From IMG/VR virus record IMGVR_UViG_3300020044_004119, positions 1 through 60,909 of that record: a stretch of 60,909 nucleotides of DNA; one strand, given 5' to 3'. The position numbers and the translations under genes were made by a program. This document shows positions 7,605-17,509 of this stretch, piece by piece. Position 1 is the stretch's first letter, and every line of letters begins with the position of its first letter. The notes below the pieces were generated by a model. The model worked only from the letters and a program-made list of their open reading frames with translations. It was not told where the DNA came from and made no database searches. The stretch is from a virus (lineage: Duplodnaviria; Caudoviricetes).

Positions 7605-9209
7605 TTAGTCAAAGTCTACAAGAGAAGTTTTCTTTAGGCGACCCGTCTTAGCGTCGTAGGAGGTACTACCACAGTCACCAGTCTTACCAGTGAACCGTGA
7701 CTTAAGTACCCGTAACTTGATAGTGTTACGTAGTTGTTCTGTCTCGGCAATCATGTTACGAGCAAAAGCAATAATGTCAAAGGAAATCTGCTTAATAGAA
7801 CCAGAACCTTTGATATCATCAATAGAAGGTAAGTGACCCTCTTCGAAAGGCTTTTCACCTTTACGTAGGTGAGATACAACGCCTAACCAGATGTTGTGTT
7901 TTTTACATAGCTTAAGCAGATCAGACATTAGTGAGTCAACAGCCTCATTACCTGTCTTGCCTTTAGAACCTTCACTTACAGCAATAGTAATGTGGTCAAG
8001 GATAATGTACTTACAACCCATCAAAGCCAGTCGTTCCATCTTGTCTACAAGAGACTCATCACTTACAGAACCTTGGTGGTCTAGCAATACAAGACGCTCA
8101 TCACCAAAGACTTTATTGAATGCAGCATATTGTTCTTCTTCAGGAACGCTATCTACAGTAAGATTCTTTTTAAGCTGCATACCAATAAACTTCTCTGCGG
8201 TATCACCCACAGATTCTTCTAATGATACCATGCCTACCATATCCCCGGTGTTCTCAAGGATATCCAGAACAATTTCTTTAATAACAGTAGACTTACCGCT
8301 ACCAGTACCAGATGTAAATAATACAATCTCACCCAGTCGCATACCAAATAGTTTCTCATTCAGAGAATCTAAACAGGCAGGATAGGGTAGAGATGTAATA
8401 GACTGCTTAAGTCGGAACTGTTCCCATACAGCTTCACCCTTTACAATGCCTGCAGGACTTACTTCTCGTGCATCGAAGATACACTTCATTAAGCTATCTG
8501 AGCCATGCTTAACTAGCACATCACAAGGATCCTTTTCAGGTAGTGTACACAGTTTAACCTTATCATAGCCAATAATCTTAGCGGCTTCTTGTGCTGCTTT
8601 CTGACCGGGTTCATCCATGTCGAAGCATAAGACTACTTCATCGAAAGATCGTAACCACTCGCGTTGTTCAAGGATGAGAGACTTACTGCTAGCTGACGGG
8701 ATCGCAACCGTTGGGTAAAATCGTTTATACTTATCGTATTGTGCTTGAGCAACTGCCAAAGCATCAAGTTCACCTTCAGTGATAACAATTCGTTTTCCAC
8801 CAGTAGATACGTTCTGTCCGAACAACTGAATGTCTTTGAATTCTCCGTGGATAACAAACTTCTTAGGTAACTTTCGTTCTTTGTAAGCAATTGTTTGACT
8901 GTCCTTTGTATAAGGATAGAAGTGGCTACTGATAGTACCATCCTCTGCATAACTAACCTTAACTCCGTAGTGAGCAGCAACTGTTTTAGTGATACCTCGT
9001 TCTTGGAAACCTCGTGTGTCATATGTTTGGATCTCTTCTAGTGTGTGCATATCGTAGTTTTCTTTGGTGTAGGTTGTTGACCGTACTTCAGGGTTAATAG
9101 GTGAGTTTTTATTACAACTAAAACAAAAGCCCCATTCATCGTCATCCTTATAAGAGAATGCATCTGATGAATTACATTTAGGGCATGGTGCATGGTGCCA
9201 TCTGGACAT
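7605..9209 (-). CDS. T7 gp4-like primase-helicase
   Basis: Zn finger CPKC/CFSC, TOPRIM EGELD and DMD, Walker A GTGSGKS, ILDHI, KSRFTG. Confidence 0.95.
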   Translation of the reverse strand: MSRWHHAPCPKCNSSDAFSYKDDDEWGFCFSCNKNSPINPEVRSTTYTKENYDMHTLEEIQTYDTRGFQERGITKTVAAHYGVKVSYAEDGTISSHFYPYTKDSQTIAYKERKLPKKFVIHGEFKDIQLFGQNVSTGGKRIVITEGELDALAVAQAQYDKYKRFYPTVAIPSASSKSLILEQREWLRSFDEVVLCFDMDEPGQKAAQEAAKIIGYDKVKLCTLPEKDPCDVLVKHGSDSLMKCIFDAREVSPAGIVKGEAVWEQFRLKQSITSLPYPACLDSLNEKLFGMRLGEIVLFTSGTGSGKSTVIKEIVLDILENTGDMVGMVSLEESVGDTAEKFIGMQLKKNLTVDSVPEEEQYAAFNKVFGDERLVLLDHQGSVSDESLVDKMERLALMGCKYIILDHITIAVSEGSKGKTGNEAVDSLMSDLLKLCKKHNIWLGVVSHLRKGEKPFEEGHLPSIDDIKGSGSIKQISFDIIAFARNMIAETEQLRNTIKLRVLKSRFTGKTGDCGSTSYDAKTGRLKKTSLVDFD

Positions 9210-9212
9210 TAT

Positions 9213-9374
9213 TTAATTCCAATCACGATCTTCTTGTAGTTCCCTGATACGTTGTCTGCGATTGTGCGCATCTTTCTGTGTTTCTTTTTTACGTTTAAAT
9301 TGATTCTTGAACTCATCCTTTAGTGATGGTAGCTCTTCATCATATTGTTTTTCTTGTTTAGGTTTCTTACTCAT
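9213..9374 (-). CDS. Small charged hypothetical protein (53 aa)
   Basis: Manual ORF MSKKPKQEKQYDEE..., fills the gap and is coupled to the upstream gene. Confidence 0.55.
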   Translation of the reverse strand: MSKKPKQEKQYDEELPSLKDEFKNQFKRKKETQKDAHNRRQRIRELQEDRDWN

Positions 9375-9796
9375 AATACTTTGGGTTTAAGGAATTTGAC
9401 GGCTCCGATGTTTCCATTATACCAGACTCGTTCTCCATTAGGAAGTTGATCACGACTGAGCACTTCATTTGCCCATTGTTCGGATACTTCACTGTATGTA
9501 AGGTCACCTGGCCCAACGCACCATTTGTAAATGACAAATGTGAACGCGCTAGCTCCGTATTCAGTGATGTCATCAAGCAACTCTCGGCATGAAGACTGGT
9601 AGGATTTCCAATCAGATTCCTTGCGTGTGACAGTACGGCGGCTTGCTCCGGATTTAAGTTTTCTTGATACACTTATTAGTTGCTTTCTTCCAATGTATCG
9701 TCTTCCTGTTTCAAGGTTTTCGATGTAGTAGATGAATCCGAAAGCACTGTCTGGTCGTTCTGTGAGAGGGTGCCAGTGTCCATAATCTTGTTCCAA
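9371..9796 (-). CDS. GIY-YIG family endonuclease
   Basis: FGFIYYIENLETGRRYIGRKQ...ESDWKSY...WYNGNI. Confidence 0.8.
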   Translation of the reverse strand: MEQDYGHWHPLTERPDSAFGFIYYIENLETGRRYIGRKQLISVSRKLKSGASRRTVTRKESDWKSYQSSCRELLDDITEYGASAFTFVIYKWCVGPGDLTYSEVSEQWANEVLSRDQLPNGERVWYNGNIGAVKFLKPKVL

Positions 9797-10500
9797 TTAA
9801 ATACCTCAGTTAGTTCTTCTAGTGTTAGTGGTTTGCAGTGTTCTTCATACTCACGGATATAAATGAGGTTAGCACACTTAACTAAGTGATCAAGATCAGA
9901 CTTAGATTTGTATGTATCAATAACTTTATTCCAGATATCTTTGTGAGCTACACTATCAAGTAGTTTGTTAGCAGCTACTGGGCCTACTCGAAATAGGCCT
10001 TTGATGTTGTCTGCTGCATCACCCGTTAAGATTTGTTTCATAAGAAACATGTAGCCTTCTTCAGGTGTTACATAGTAGGTATTAAGTTTCTTAAAGTTAT
10101 AGTGCCACCCTGTGATTGCATTAAGGTCTTTGTCCATGTGTGCAATAATAGGGGTTTCAAAGGTTCCTTTTAAGATATGGCACAGATCATCTGCTTCCAT
10201 ACCATCGGCTTCCATGGCAAACTCTTTTGAGTGCTCATATAAATCTACCAGACGATCTTTTACTTCGGGATCAATGTTGTTCTTACGATTACCTTTGTAG
10301 TCATCTGTAACTTCAAATCTAAAGTTATCTTTACCCTTAATAACACAAACACTCTGGTGAGTGCCTGTATTCTTCATAATTTCATTAATCTTGTTGCGTA
10401 GTTGCTTATACCGTAAAGCTGGTGAAGGCTCTACAAAAGCAATTTGATATAAGATAGAATCTAAGTCAATAATAGAGACATCAAATTCAGGTTGGTTCAT
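9676..10500 (-). CDS. 5'-3' exonuclease (T7 gp6/RNase H-like)
   Basis: IDLD, NFR...YKGNR, EADD, DKDL and GDAADNIKG motifs. Confidence 0.9.
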   Translation of the reverse strand: MNQPEFDVSIIDLDSILYQIAFVEPSPALRYKQLRNKINEIMKNTGTHQSVCVIKGKDNFRFEVTDDYKGNRKNNIDPEVKDRLVDLYEHSKEFAMEADGMEADDLCHILKGTFETPIIAHMDKDLNAITGWHYNFKKLNTYYVTPEEGYMFLMKQILTGDAADNIKGLFRVGPVAANKLLDSVAHKDIWNKVIDTYKSKSDLDHLVKCANLIYIREYEEHCKPLTLEELTEVFNWNKIMDTGTLSQNDQTVLSDSSTTSKTLKQEDDTLEESN

Positions 10501-12365
10501 TAGTGTACTTCCGCATAGTTAGTTCCTGTGTGAGCATCACCACCCATACACATAACACCAAAGGCTTTAGGTGCCTCAGTGAATGCTTGGATAGATAGTT
10601 CAGCTACCTCTTCTGCATATTCTTCTTTGACTACTACTGCTAACTCATCATGGTAGTGTAGTGCAAAGTAATGCTTGATATTCCTTTTGTTTAGTTCATC
10701 ACGTAGCCATACAATAGCTGCTTTGCATGTGATGCCTTCAGCAGTTTGTAGTAGGTAGTTTAGTACTTGGTGTTTAGAGCTAACAAAGACTAAACGACCG
10801 TCCAAGCCACGGATAAAGGCATTATCTTTACCAAAGGCATTTGATGTATTATCAAACAAACCACCTAGCTTATCTTTTAGTTCTTTCAAACCTGGGATAG
10901 AGGATTCATACAGTGCCTTGGATTGTTTACCAATAGCAGCATTAGACTTTCCTGTAAGAATCAAACCAAGCTTTGCATCCCCACCACCAAACAAATAAGC
11001 ATATAGCCAAGGCTTAGCCGTTTTACGGGGCGTCTCATATACTCCAGATAGAATGTTAGCATTCTTTTGGTGAACATCCCCATTAATTACCTCATTAGTG
11101 AAATCATCATTACCAATATAGTGACATAGACCGCGCATCTGATTACCAGCAGAGTCAGCGCCAACAATGACGGTTCCAGGTTCACAGATGAGAAGTGACC
11201 GCATCTCTTTTCCGTATACAGAGTCCACAGAAGGTAGATTAGCAACAAGCTCGTGGCGGCATCTAAAAGTAGGAGTACCAATAGTCCACATACGACCATG
11301 CAAACGGTTGTCAGGAGACGATCGAACGGCTTCAATCCATCCCTCCAAGATACCCTTCCTTGATCTAATTGTATAGTACTCACTAACCAACATAGCATCA
11401 GGGCCAAGCCGTTCAAGAGATGACTCGGTAATCTTAGGGCTTTTATTAACAAACTTACCATTGATTTTCTCCACGTTCCATTCGTCAGGTATCCACCCAA
11501 TAGAGTACAACCAGTCCTTTACGACTTCAATGGATCCAACTTTGCCTTGTTCAAAAGAGATTCTGCAATATGCACCTTCAATAGGTCTTGTAGTTCTTCC
11601 CGACTCTTGTGGTAGATTAAAGTGTTTGACAGTGGCAACGGTATAGCATCCGTCTTTTCTCCATGCTGGTTCTTTGAATTCATCTTTGCCATCTGTTTTG
11701 ATACATCTCATTCCAATACGTGGTTCAAGTACTGTTTCAATAGCATCTAGTTTGTTGTTAATCTCTGTCAGTAAGGTTTGAGCTGAAGCCATATCAAACA
11801 TCCAACCCTTTTGGCGGATATCAGATTCAATCTTAGCAAACTCAAACTCTACATTAAGACCTTTCTTGTATAGAGGATTCTTTGTGATAAGCTTATTAGC
11901 TTCCTCTGCCAGTACCTTGTATACCTTTACGTTTAGCTGTACATCTCGGATACAGTAGGTAAGCATCTCATCTGAATACTCATCGAACTTATCAAATGAA
12001 AGCTTAGGATAGCCTAGCTTAGAACCCCAACCCTCAAGACCATGTTTGTGATCTCGTTTGTATTGGTTACATTGAGACATAACCCATGTATCTAATACTT
12101 GTAGGTGTGTTGGTGGTACCCAACCAGTAAGGTGTTTGAGTACAACTAAATCATAGCCAATAATGTTGTGGCCAATAATGACGTTAGCACTCTCTAGTTC
12201 AAGTAAGCCGTTAGCAATCTCTGCTGAATGTGGGTTACCATCTTTACTTACATACTCTTTTACTTCTCCGGTGTCTACATTGACCAGTACCAACATCCAG
12301 ATTTTATTAACCTCTGGCATGAAACCGTTTGTTTCAATGTCGAACACATACCTTTTCTTTGTCAT
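10500..12365 (-). CDS. polA: Family A DNA polymerase (T7 gp5-like)
   Basis: Exonuclease DIET, HNIIGYD, YCIRDV; motif A DSAGNQMR; motif B RKTAKPWLYAYLFG; motif C HDE. Confidence 0.95.
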   Translation of the reverse strand: MTKKRYVFDIETNGFMPEVNKIWMLVLVNVDTGEVKEYVSKDGNPHSAEIANGLLELESANVIIGHNIIGYDLVVLKHLTGWVPPTHLQVLDTWVMSQCNQYKRDHKHGLEGWGSKLGYPKLSFDKFDEYSDEMLTYCIRDVQLNVKVYKVLAEEANKLITKNPLYKKGLNVEFEFAKIESDIRQKGWMFDMASAQTLLTEINNKLDAIETVLEPRIGMRCIKTDGKDEFKEPAWRKDGCYTVATVKHFNLPQESGRTTRPIEGAYCRISFEQGKVGSIEVVKDWLYSIGWIPDEWNVEKINGKFVNKSPKITESSLERLGPDAMLVSEYYTIRSRKGILEGWIEAVRSSPDNRLHGRMWTIGTPTFRCRHELVANLPSVDSVYGKEMRSLLICEPGTVIVGADSAGNQMRGLCHYIGNDDFTNEVINGDVHQKNANILSGVYETPRKTAKPWLYAYLFGGGDAKLGLILTGKSNAAIGKQSKALYESSIPGLKELKDKLGGLFDNTSNAFGKDNAFIRGLDGRLVFVSSKHQVLNYLLQTAEGITCKAAIVWLRDELNKRNIKHYFALHYHDELAVVVKEEYAEEVAELSIQAFTEAPKAFGVMCMGGDAHTGTNYAEVH

Positions 12366-12835
12366 AATAAATGTTGTGCATATAGTGTGGAGTAGGGCGC
12401 TTCAAATAACCTTGCTTCCATTTCTGTTGGATCAAAGAAATAAGATTCTTGTGAGTCTTTCTTGTCGTACTTAAGTCCTTTAATCTTAATACCCATTCGA
12501 TCTGTTAGGTACTGTGCTGCATGAACAAACTCATGGCAGATAATATCAGAGAACTTTGCCATCATATATGGATTATCTTCCCAATCATTAAGGAAAGGAT
12601 CTCTTACTTGAATTAGCATACGACCATCAGGCTCACTGTACATTGTGACCCCTTGGTTAGAGTCATGCTCATTGTATTCTACTAAGCAGATGTTAATAAC
12701 AGTAGGTTTATCTGTTACAGTCAGGCTAAATCGTGTGACATAGTCTTCAAGGATTTGAAAGAATAATTTCTTGATATCTTTTTCTGAAGCAGGTAAACAT
12801 GAGACATGTACCTTAAGGTTCTTGTACTTATTCAT
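12362..12835 (-). CDS. Putative zinc metallopeptidase-like protein
   Basis: HEFVH (HExxH) and downstream EMEA. Confidence 0.6.
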   Translation of the reverse strand: MNKYKNLKVHVSCLPASEKDIKKLFFQILEDYVTRFSLTVTDKPTVINICLVEYNEHDSNQGVTMYSEPDGRMLIQVRDPFLNDWEDNPYMMAKFSDIICHEFVHAAQYLTDRMGIKIKGLKYDKKDSQESYFFDPTEMEARLFEAPYSTLYAQHLL

Positions 12836-13037
12836 AGTTGATATTGTATGTTGGGGTTGTTGTTTGTTTTACGTTAGGTGAGCCCAGCTTACTAAGTTCC
12901 TCAGCCATACAAGCTATTAGATTATTCTGAGCGTCAATAGTTTCATTAGCCTCTTCTACTTCTTCAGCTAATCCCCAATTCTTCCAGCCAATCCATAGGA
13001 AGGCCACAACAATTAGTAGTGTTAAGTCAGTACTCAT
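12828..13037 (-). CDS. Small membrane-anchored hypothetical protein
   Basis: N-terminal hydrophobic helix followed by a coiled segment. Confidence 0.6.
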   Translation of the reverse strand: MSTDLTLLIVVAFLWIGWKNWGLAEEVEEANETIDAQNNLIACMAEELSKLGSPNVKQTTTPTYNINYE

Positions 13038-13480
13038 AGTAGTCCGGTGTTCCTTAGTTGTTCTGTTGTGAATAAGATATTGTGGGTATCTTGTCGGTTA
13101 ATTACTACTCCAACGGATTCTAGATATTCAATACCTGTGAGACACTTGTACTCGGATTTAAACACCACACGAACAATACCACAAGCGTAGATAAGCTTAG
13201 CGCAATCAATACAAGGGGATAGAGTACAATAGAGAGTACTACCCGCAGTAGAAAGGTTAGAACGAGCGACTTTAGCAATGGCTTGGGCCTCGGCATGTAA
13301 TACAGGGTTGGATTGTGTGTCATTGTTAGTTCCTCTTGCTGTACCGTTGTAGGAGAAGGCAATGATGTTATCATCTTTAACAATGATAGCACCAACCTTA
13401 CGATCTTCTGCGTATGATTGTTGTGCAATTAATGAGCAGATATTGAGATAGAAATTATCCCAGTCGTTTTGGTGTTTCAT
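13034..13480 (-). CDS. dCMP deaminase-like protein
   Basis: KVGAIIV, YNG, HAE, TLSPCIDCAK. Confidence 0.9.
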   Translation of the reverse strand: MKHQNDWDNFYLNICSLIAQQSYAEDRKVGAIIVKDDNIIAFSYNGTARGTNNDTQSNPVLHAEAQAIAKVARSNLSTAGSTLYCTLSPCIDCAKLIYACGIVRVVFKSEYKCLTGIEYLESVGVVINRQDTHNILFTTEQLRNTGLL

Positions 13481-13740
13481 GTGTTGCTCCGATCTCTAAT
13501 TGCGTCTGCAAAATCTTCTGCAATGGGTCTTGAATCTTCAGGCCAACAACAGTCGCAAGGCAAAGCTTCGATCAACTCAGCACATACTTCACGCTCATCA
13601 GCACGGACAAACTCGGCAAAGCGTTCAAGCTCATAGGGTGTTATTACCAGATAGTCTGTTTGGCCACAAAGTGATTTCGGAGCAGGCGAGCCGACCTCAC
13701 GTGCTATATCAATTATGTTTGTCATGTACTTCCATTGCAA
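13477..13740 (-). CDS. Hypothetical protein
   Basis: ORF with ELERFAEFVRADEREVCA; true start may be downstream. Confidence 0.6.
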   Translation of the reverse strand: MQWKYMTNIIDIAREVGSPAPKSLCGQTDYLVITPYELERFAEFVRADEREVCAELIEALPCDCCWPEDSRPIAEDFADAIRDRSNT

Positions 13741-13859
13741 AGTTATAGTCAGCTTCTAATTCAGAAATAGTATCCATGATATAGTCTAGCTGTTCTTTCA
13801 GGTAGTCACTCTTTGGGCGTTCAAAGATAACAGTTACATCAATAGTTTCTTTACTAGTA

Positions 13860-14126
13860 TCAACGATCATAAAACTCTTTCCATTTAGACCATGTGGTCA
13901 TCTTTTTATCATAGCTATCTTGGATAACAGTAGGGTCTAGCTGTAGTTCTCGGATAGTTTTATGTAGACAGTATTGCAACTGACCAATCTCATTAGATAG
14001 CTTATAACGGTTACTCAGCTGACTCTCTGGGTGTACTTGATTCAGACCAAAGCGAAGTACCTTCATAAGCTCTTGTGTTACTTCAGAGCACTCTTCAGCT
14101 GTTGTGTATAGTGTGTATTTATCCAT
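13860..14126 (-). CDS. MazG-like nucleotide pyrophosphohydrolase
   Basis: AEECSEVTQELMK...NEIGQL resembles the EExxE...ExxD all-alpha NTPase motif, partly degenerate. Confidence 0.55.
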   Translation of the reverse strand: MDKYTLYTTAEECSEVTQELMKVLRFGLNQVHPESQLSNRYKLSNEIGQLQYCLHKTIRELQLDPTVIQDSYDKKMTTWSKWKEFYDR

Positions 14127-14296
14127 CAGAATCCTACCTCAGTTACTTCTACAATATCCCATGACTCTCGCTTATCTAGATACAAGTAGTTTTCAACTAC
14201 CATATTATCTACTACGTGCATAGCTTGATCCTCATTTTCTGCGTTTACGTAGAACACAGCTGTTACTGCATACTGTTGCATACATTTCCTTTTGTT

Positions 14297-14316
14297 AGGT
14301 ATTAGGTACCGTCTAT
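14297..14316 (-). promoter_or_regulatory. Putative phage RNAP promoter
   Basis: ATAGACGGTACCTAATACCT. Confidence 0.65.
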
Positions 14317-14526
14317 GGTTGATTTAAGTTCTGCCATTAATTTATTTAAAGGATCTACTTTCATGACCCTACAACTAGTAATAAAAGTAGGATGAAATAT
14401 TCTACCCCCATCACTTTCTTCGGTTACATCTAGGTAGTCTTCAAACAAAGACTTAACTAGCTCTTCCATACGAGTATATCTGCATATACCTGTGCAGAAT
14501 CCATCACAATTACATGTCCATAGCAT
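14302..14526 (-). CDS. Hypothetical protein
   Basis: ORF in the co-directional gene array. Confidence 0.5.
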   Translation of the reverse strand: MLWTCNCDGFCTGICRYTRMEELVKSLFEDYLDVTEESDGGRIFHPTFITSCRVMKVDPLNKLMAELKSTIDGT

Positions 14527-15397
14527 TTCTGAATCCTAAGAAGATAGGGTGTCGTGGTTTATCTTTTACTCCAATGGGGAAGTGTTTGTATTTAATAATG
14601 TATCCAAGCAAATCTGATCTATTGTTCCAAAAGTTCTCTCGATCTGCTGCGTCAAAGCCCGAGCCCACCTTAAACTCGATACCGTCAGTGGTCTTACAGA
14701 TGAAAGCTCCGAGAGTTCCTTTCCCAGACATTCCAGATAGCGCAGTTGAACGTTTAGTTCTTCCGAGTTCGTTAGTCTCTGCATCATTTCCATTGTGCAT
14801 TTCCTCTTCCCAACCAATAATAACAGCCTCTGCATCCTCAAACCTTTTAAGTTTGAAAGCATTAGCTTCCTTCATAGTACAACGACCGTATTTATATAAA
14901 CCTTTTGGGTTTCGGATAACAACACCTTCATAGCCTTTTTCAAGGCACATTTCTTCAAGGCTTAATAGTTGTTCTTTATCTTTAGCTACCATAGTCATAA
15001 CTTTGCGGTAGTTAGGTGGTGTATCATTAATACTCATATTATGGTGTCTCTCATCATAGGTAGTTAGTGTATCATCCCACCAGTCAAAATGATAGAAGAA
15101 AAATTCACCCTCCTTGTCATGAGCCATAACAAAAGAGTTAGTATCTCGATACACAGTAGGCGAGGTAGGATCACCTACAATAAGCTCTCCATCCATACCT
15201 TCTAACTCATCACCCCAGAATGCAGCCCATTTCTGAATAGACTTGTTAGGGATAGGTTTTAAGGTACGTGATAGGGCGACACCATTTTTAAACAAACAAC
15301 GGATACCATCTAATTTAGGTGTAACATAGGTAGGGTATTGTAGGGTATCCAAGTTAGGTAGATCCCTCGGAAGAAGCATTGGTTTAAACGTCATCAA
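14510..15397 (-). CDS. ATP-dependent DNA ligase
   Basis: PML, KLDGIRC, DGEL, EGVVIR, KLK, KVGSGF, PRHPIF. Confidence 0.92.
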   Translation of the reverse strand: MMTFKPMLLPRDLPNLDTLQYPTYVTPKLDGIRCLFKNGVALSRTLKPIPNKSIQKWAAFWGDELEGMDGELIVGDPTSPTVYRDTNSFVMAHDKEGEFFFYHFDWWDDTLTTYDERHHNMSINDTPPNYRKVMTMVAKDKEQLLSLEEMCLEKGYEGVVIRNPKGLYKYGRCTMKEANAFKLKRFEDAEAVIIGWEEEMHNGNDAETNELGRTKRSTALSGMSGKGTLGAFICKTTDGIEFKVGSGFDAADRENFWNNRSDLLGYIIKYKHFPIGVKDKPRHPIFLGFRNAMDM

Positions 15398-15621
15398 AAG
15401 TCCTTATCACACATATTAAACATCACAAGAATATTCTTTACTTCAGAAGGTAATTCAAACACACCATCATAGTCAGTTAGTTTAAGATCAGAGTCAAACC
15501 ACAAACCACCACTTGAACGATCACCTAAGCGGTCATGTTCGAAACAACCATATTTACTTTTAACATCAATCTGAATGGTGTAGTTCTGCGTACCTAGTTG
15601 GCAGTTGAAGTTGTATTTCAT
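15394..15621 (-). CDS. Hypothetical protein
   Basis: 75-aa ORF, GGLWF...DYDGVFELP. Confidence 0.65.
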   Translation of the reverse strand: MKYNFNCQLGTQNYTIQIDVKSKYGCFEHDRLGDRSSGGLWFDSDLKLTDYDGVFELPSEVKNILVMFNMCDKDF

Positions 15622-15623
15622 AT

Positions 15624-16223
15624 TTACTTTCGTAGGTTATTACTCAAATTATAGTACATATTAGACTTAAGTGCTCTTAATTGTAACAATAACATTGTTT
15701 CTAATTCAAGCATTTCTTGATCAGTACCATATGCTAGGATGGTTCGTTTAAAGTCTTGAGGGAACTCGTTGTATGCTTCAAGGAACGATTCACCTGAGCT
15801 GACATATCCGTCATCAGCTGTTCCTTTGTGCTTTCCAATGTACTTTTTGTCTGTACTTTTGGATACCCAAAGATACACAAATGACTCACCGCTTGAGCTG
15901 TATGTGTTAGATTCGGTAGGTACTTCGACATTATATTCACCATTGATGTGGTCTTGCCAGATTTCTTTAACATACGCTACCCAAGGTTTATTTTTACTAC
16001 GCCACATTACAACAAAAGATGGTGACCCCTCATTTTCACAGAGGTATTCATACACCCATTTGTTGTATAGACCTGAGAATTCTTTATCACCTATCTTTAC
16101 TCGGATCATTGTTTTACCAGAGTCTGAGGTAAACTCTTCGACTTCATCTACAGTACATTCGTAGATATCAAAGAGTTTATCATCACCTGCAACCCATCGT
16201 TTAACTGTCTTAATTAGATTCAT
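15624..16223 (-). CDS. Two-domain protein with C-terminal GIY-YIG-like domain
   Basis: SFVYLWVSKSTDKKYIGKHKG...YVSS...LE...YYN. Confidence 0.65.
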   Translation of the reverse strand: MNLIKTVKRWVAGDDKLFDIYECTVDEVEEFTSDSGKTMIRVKIGDKEFSGLYNKWVYEYLCENEGSPSFVVMWRSKNKPWVAYVKEIWQDHINGEYNVEVPTESNTYSSSGESFVYLWVSKSTDKKYIGKHKGTADDGYVSSGESFLEAYNEFPQDFKRTILAYGTDQEMLELETMLLLQLRALKSNMYYNLSNNLRK

Positions 16224-16494
16224 TAGATAATCCTGTTAGTGTCCAAGGTTGTGGTTCAGGCATATATACCCGGACGTATTTTGTATTACGAGTTTCAAAG
16301 TTACCTTGTTTATCAGGGAATACCAGAATAGTTGAGGTACGTACATCAAAACATTTCCCCAAGCGTGGATGGTTTAATACTTCGGGTAGATGACCTACAT
16401 AGTCAATAGAGGTGTCATTATCATATCTGGGCCATTCACGGATACTGAGATTACCCATGTAGTGTACTTCTGGTTTGTTCATAGTTGTTTCCAT
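16210..16494 (-). CDS. Hypothetical protein
   Basis: HPRLG...VRTS...FETRNTKY. Confidence 0.65.
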   Translation of the reverse strand: METTMNKPEVHYMGNLSIREWPRYDNDTSIDYVGHLPEVLNHPRLGKCFDVRTSTILVFPDKQGNFETRNTKYVRVYMPEPQPWTLTGLSNESN

Positions 16495-17072
16495 GTTGCG
16501 TTCCTTGCAATAGATTCTGTTTTAGATTTGTCACGATCATCATTCATACTGCCGTGTAGTTCGCTATCTAGTAGAATAGCACAACTTGCCATAATATGAG
16601 CCAAGTGGTGTACTTTACTGTCATGAGCAAAGTCTTCACCATTATACCAGTCAGCTAAGTGACGGTGAATAGCATCATAGAATACACTAGTAGTTGTACC
16701 TGTTTCACGCCAGTTATATCGACCATATTTACTGGCACCATCAGACATAGCACCACCTAATGCAAATAGGGCTACTGGCGGTACATCAGATAGTTTAGGT
16801 TTGTTTACTGCAGCAGCTGTCTTCAGGTTTTTATCTAGTAGTCCGGGTGTGATCATTCCGTTAAATCCTTTATAGTATTCTTCTTCTTCGGCGTCAATGA
16901 TATATTGTTTAGCCATTGCATTTGACCAATGAGGTGTCATAAGGTCGTAGAAGTCCTCTTTTTCTTCTTTATTGAAGGGTTGATATCCACTATAGTCTTG
17001 ATCAGAATACTTCTCACCCTCAGTTTTTGGTGGTGAGTATTTATATTCATCAATATATTTAGGTAGAGCCAT
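16479..17072 (-). CDS. dATP/dGTP diphosphohydrolase-domain protein (DUF5664-like)
   Basis: KPKLSDVP...GASKYGRYNWR...RHL...GED...HLAH. Confidence 0.8.
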   Translation of the reverse strand: MALPKYIDEYKYSPPKTEGEKYSDQDYSGYQPFNKEEKEDFYDLMTPHWSNAMAKQYIIDAEEEEYYKGFNGMITPGLLDKNLKTAAAVNKPKLSDVPPVALFALGGAMSDGASKYGRYNWRETGTTTSVFYDAIHRHLADWYNGEDFAHDSKVHHLAHIMASCAILLDSELHGSMNDDRDKSKTESIARNATWKQL

Positions 17073-17320
17073 TAGTATACATCTCCATTTTCTACAATCT
17101 TTCTATCTTCATAAGGTGCAGCATATCGGCGGTAGAATTCTAGTTTAGCACCTTCTAAAGCACCAACAACATCGTTAATGTGTTGGTAGGATTTACCTTT
17201 ACTTTTCGTGTATGCAATACACAACATTGTAATTTGGTAGTTTAAATCTCCGGGTGTTGTTACATATTTAACAGGGTCAAGCTCAACAAGTAAGCGGTCG
17301 TCTTGGTGGATGTATGGCAT
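17072..17320 (-). CDS. Conserved phage protein
   Basis: MPYI...GDLNY...GALEGAKLEFYRR...YEDRKIVENGDV. Confidence 0.75.
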   Translation of the reverse strand: MPYIHQDDRLLVELDPVKYVTTPGDLNYQITMLCIAYTKSKGKSYQHINDVVGALEGAKLEFYRRYAAPYEDRKIVENGDVY

Positions 17321-17509
17321 TAGATATATACTTTTGGTTTACGGAAGAATTGTGCAATTACAATTAGAGATGCAATGCAGAGGATAGTTACCCAGATATT
17401 TGCTAACATTATAGGTCTTCAGGGTTTTTGTTTGGGACACAGGACGCAATACCGCCTACAAAGAAGAGTAAGCATAGTAATATTAGTGTAGATATATGTA
17501 ACTCTAAAG

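Noticed and set aside
16479-17072. 2-aminoadenine (Z) genome pathway
   Set aside because: No PurZ-like gene recognised, and DUF5664 alone is insufficient
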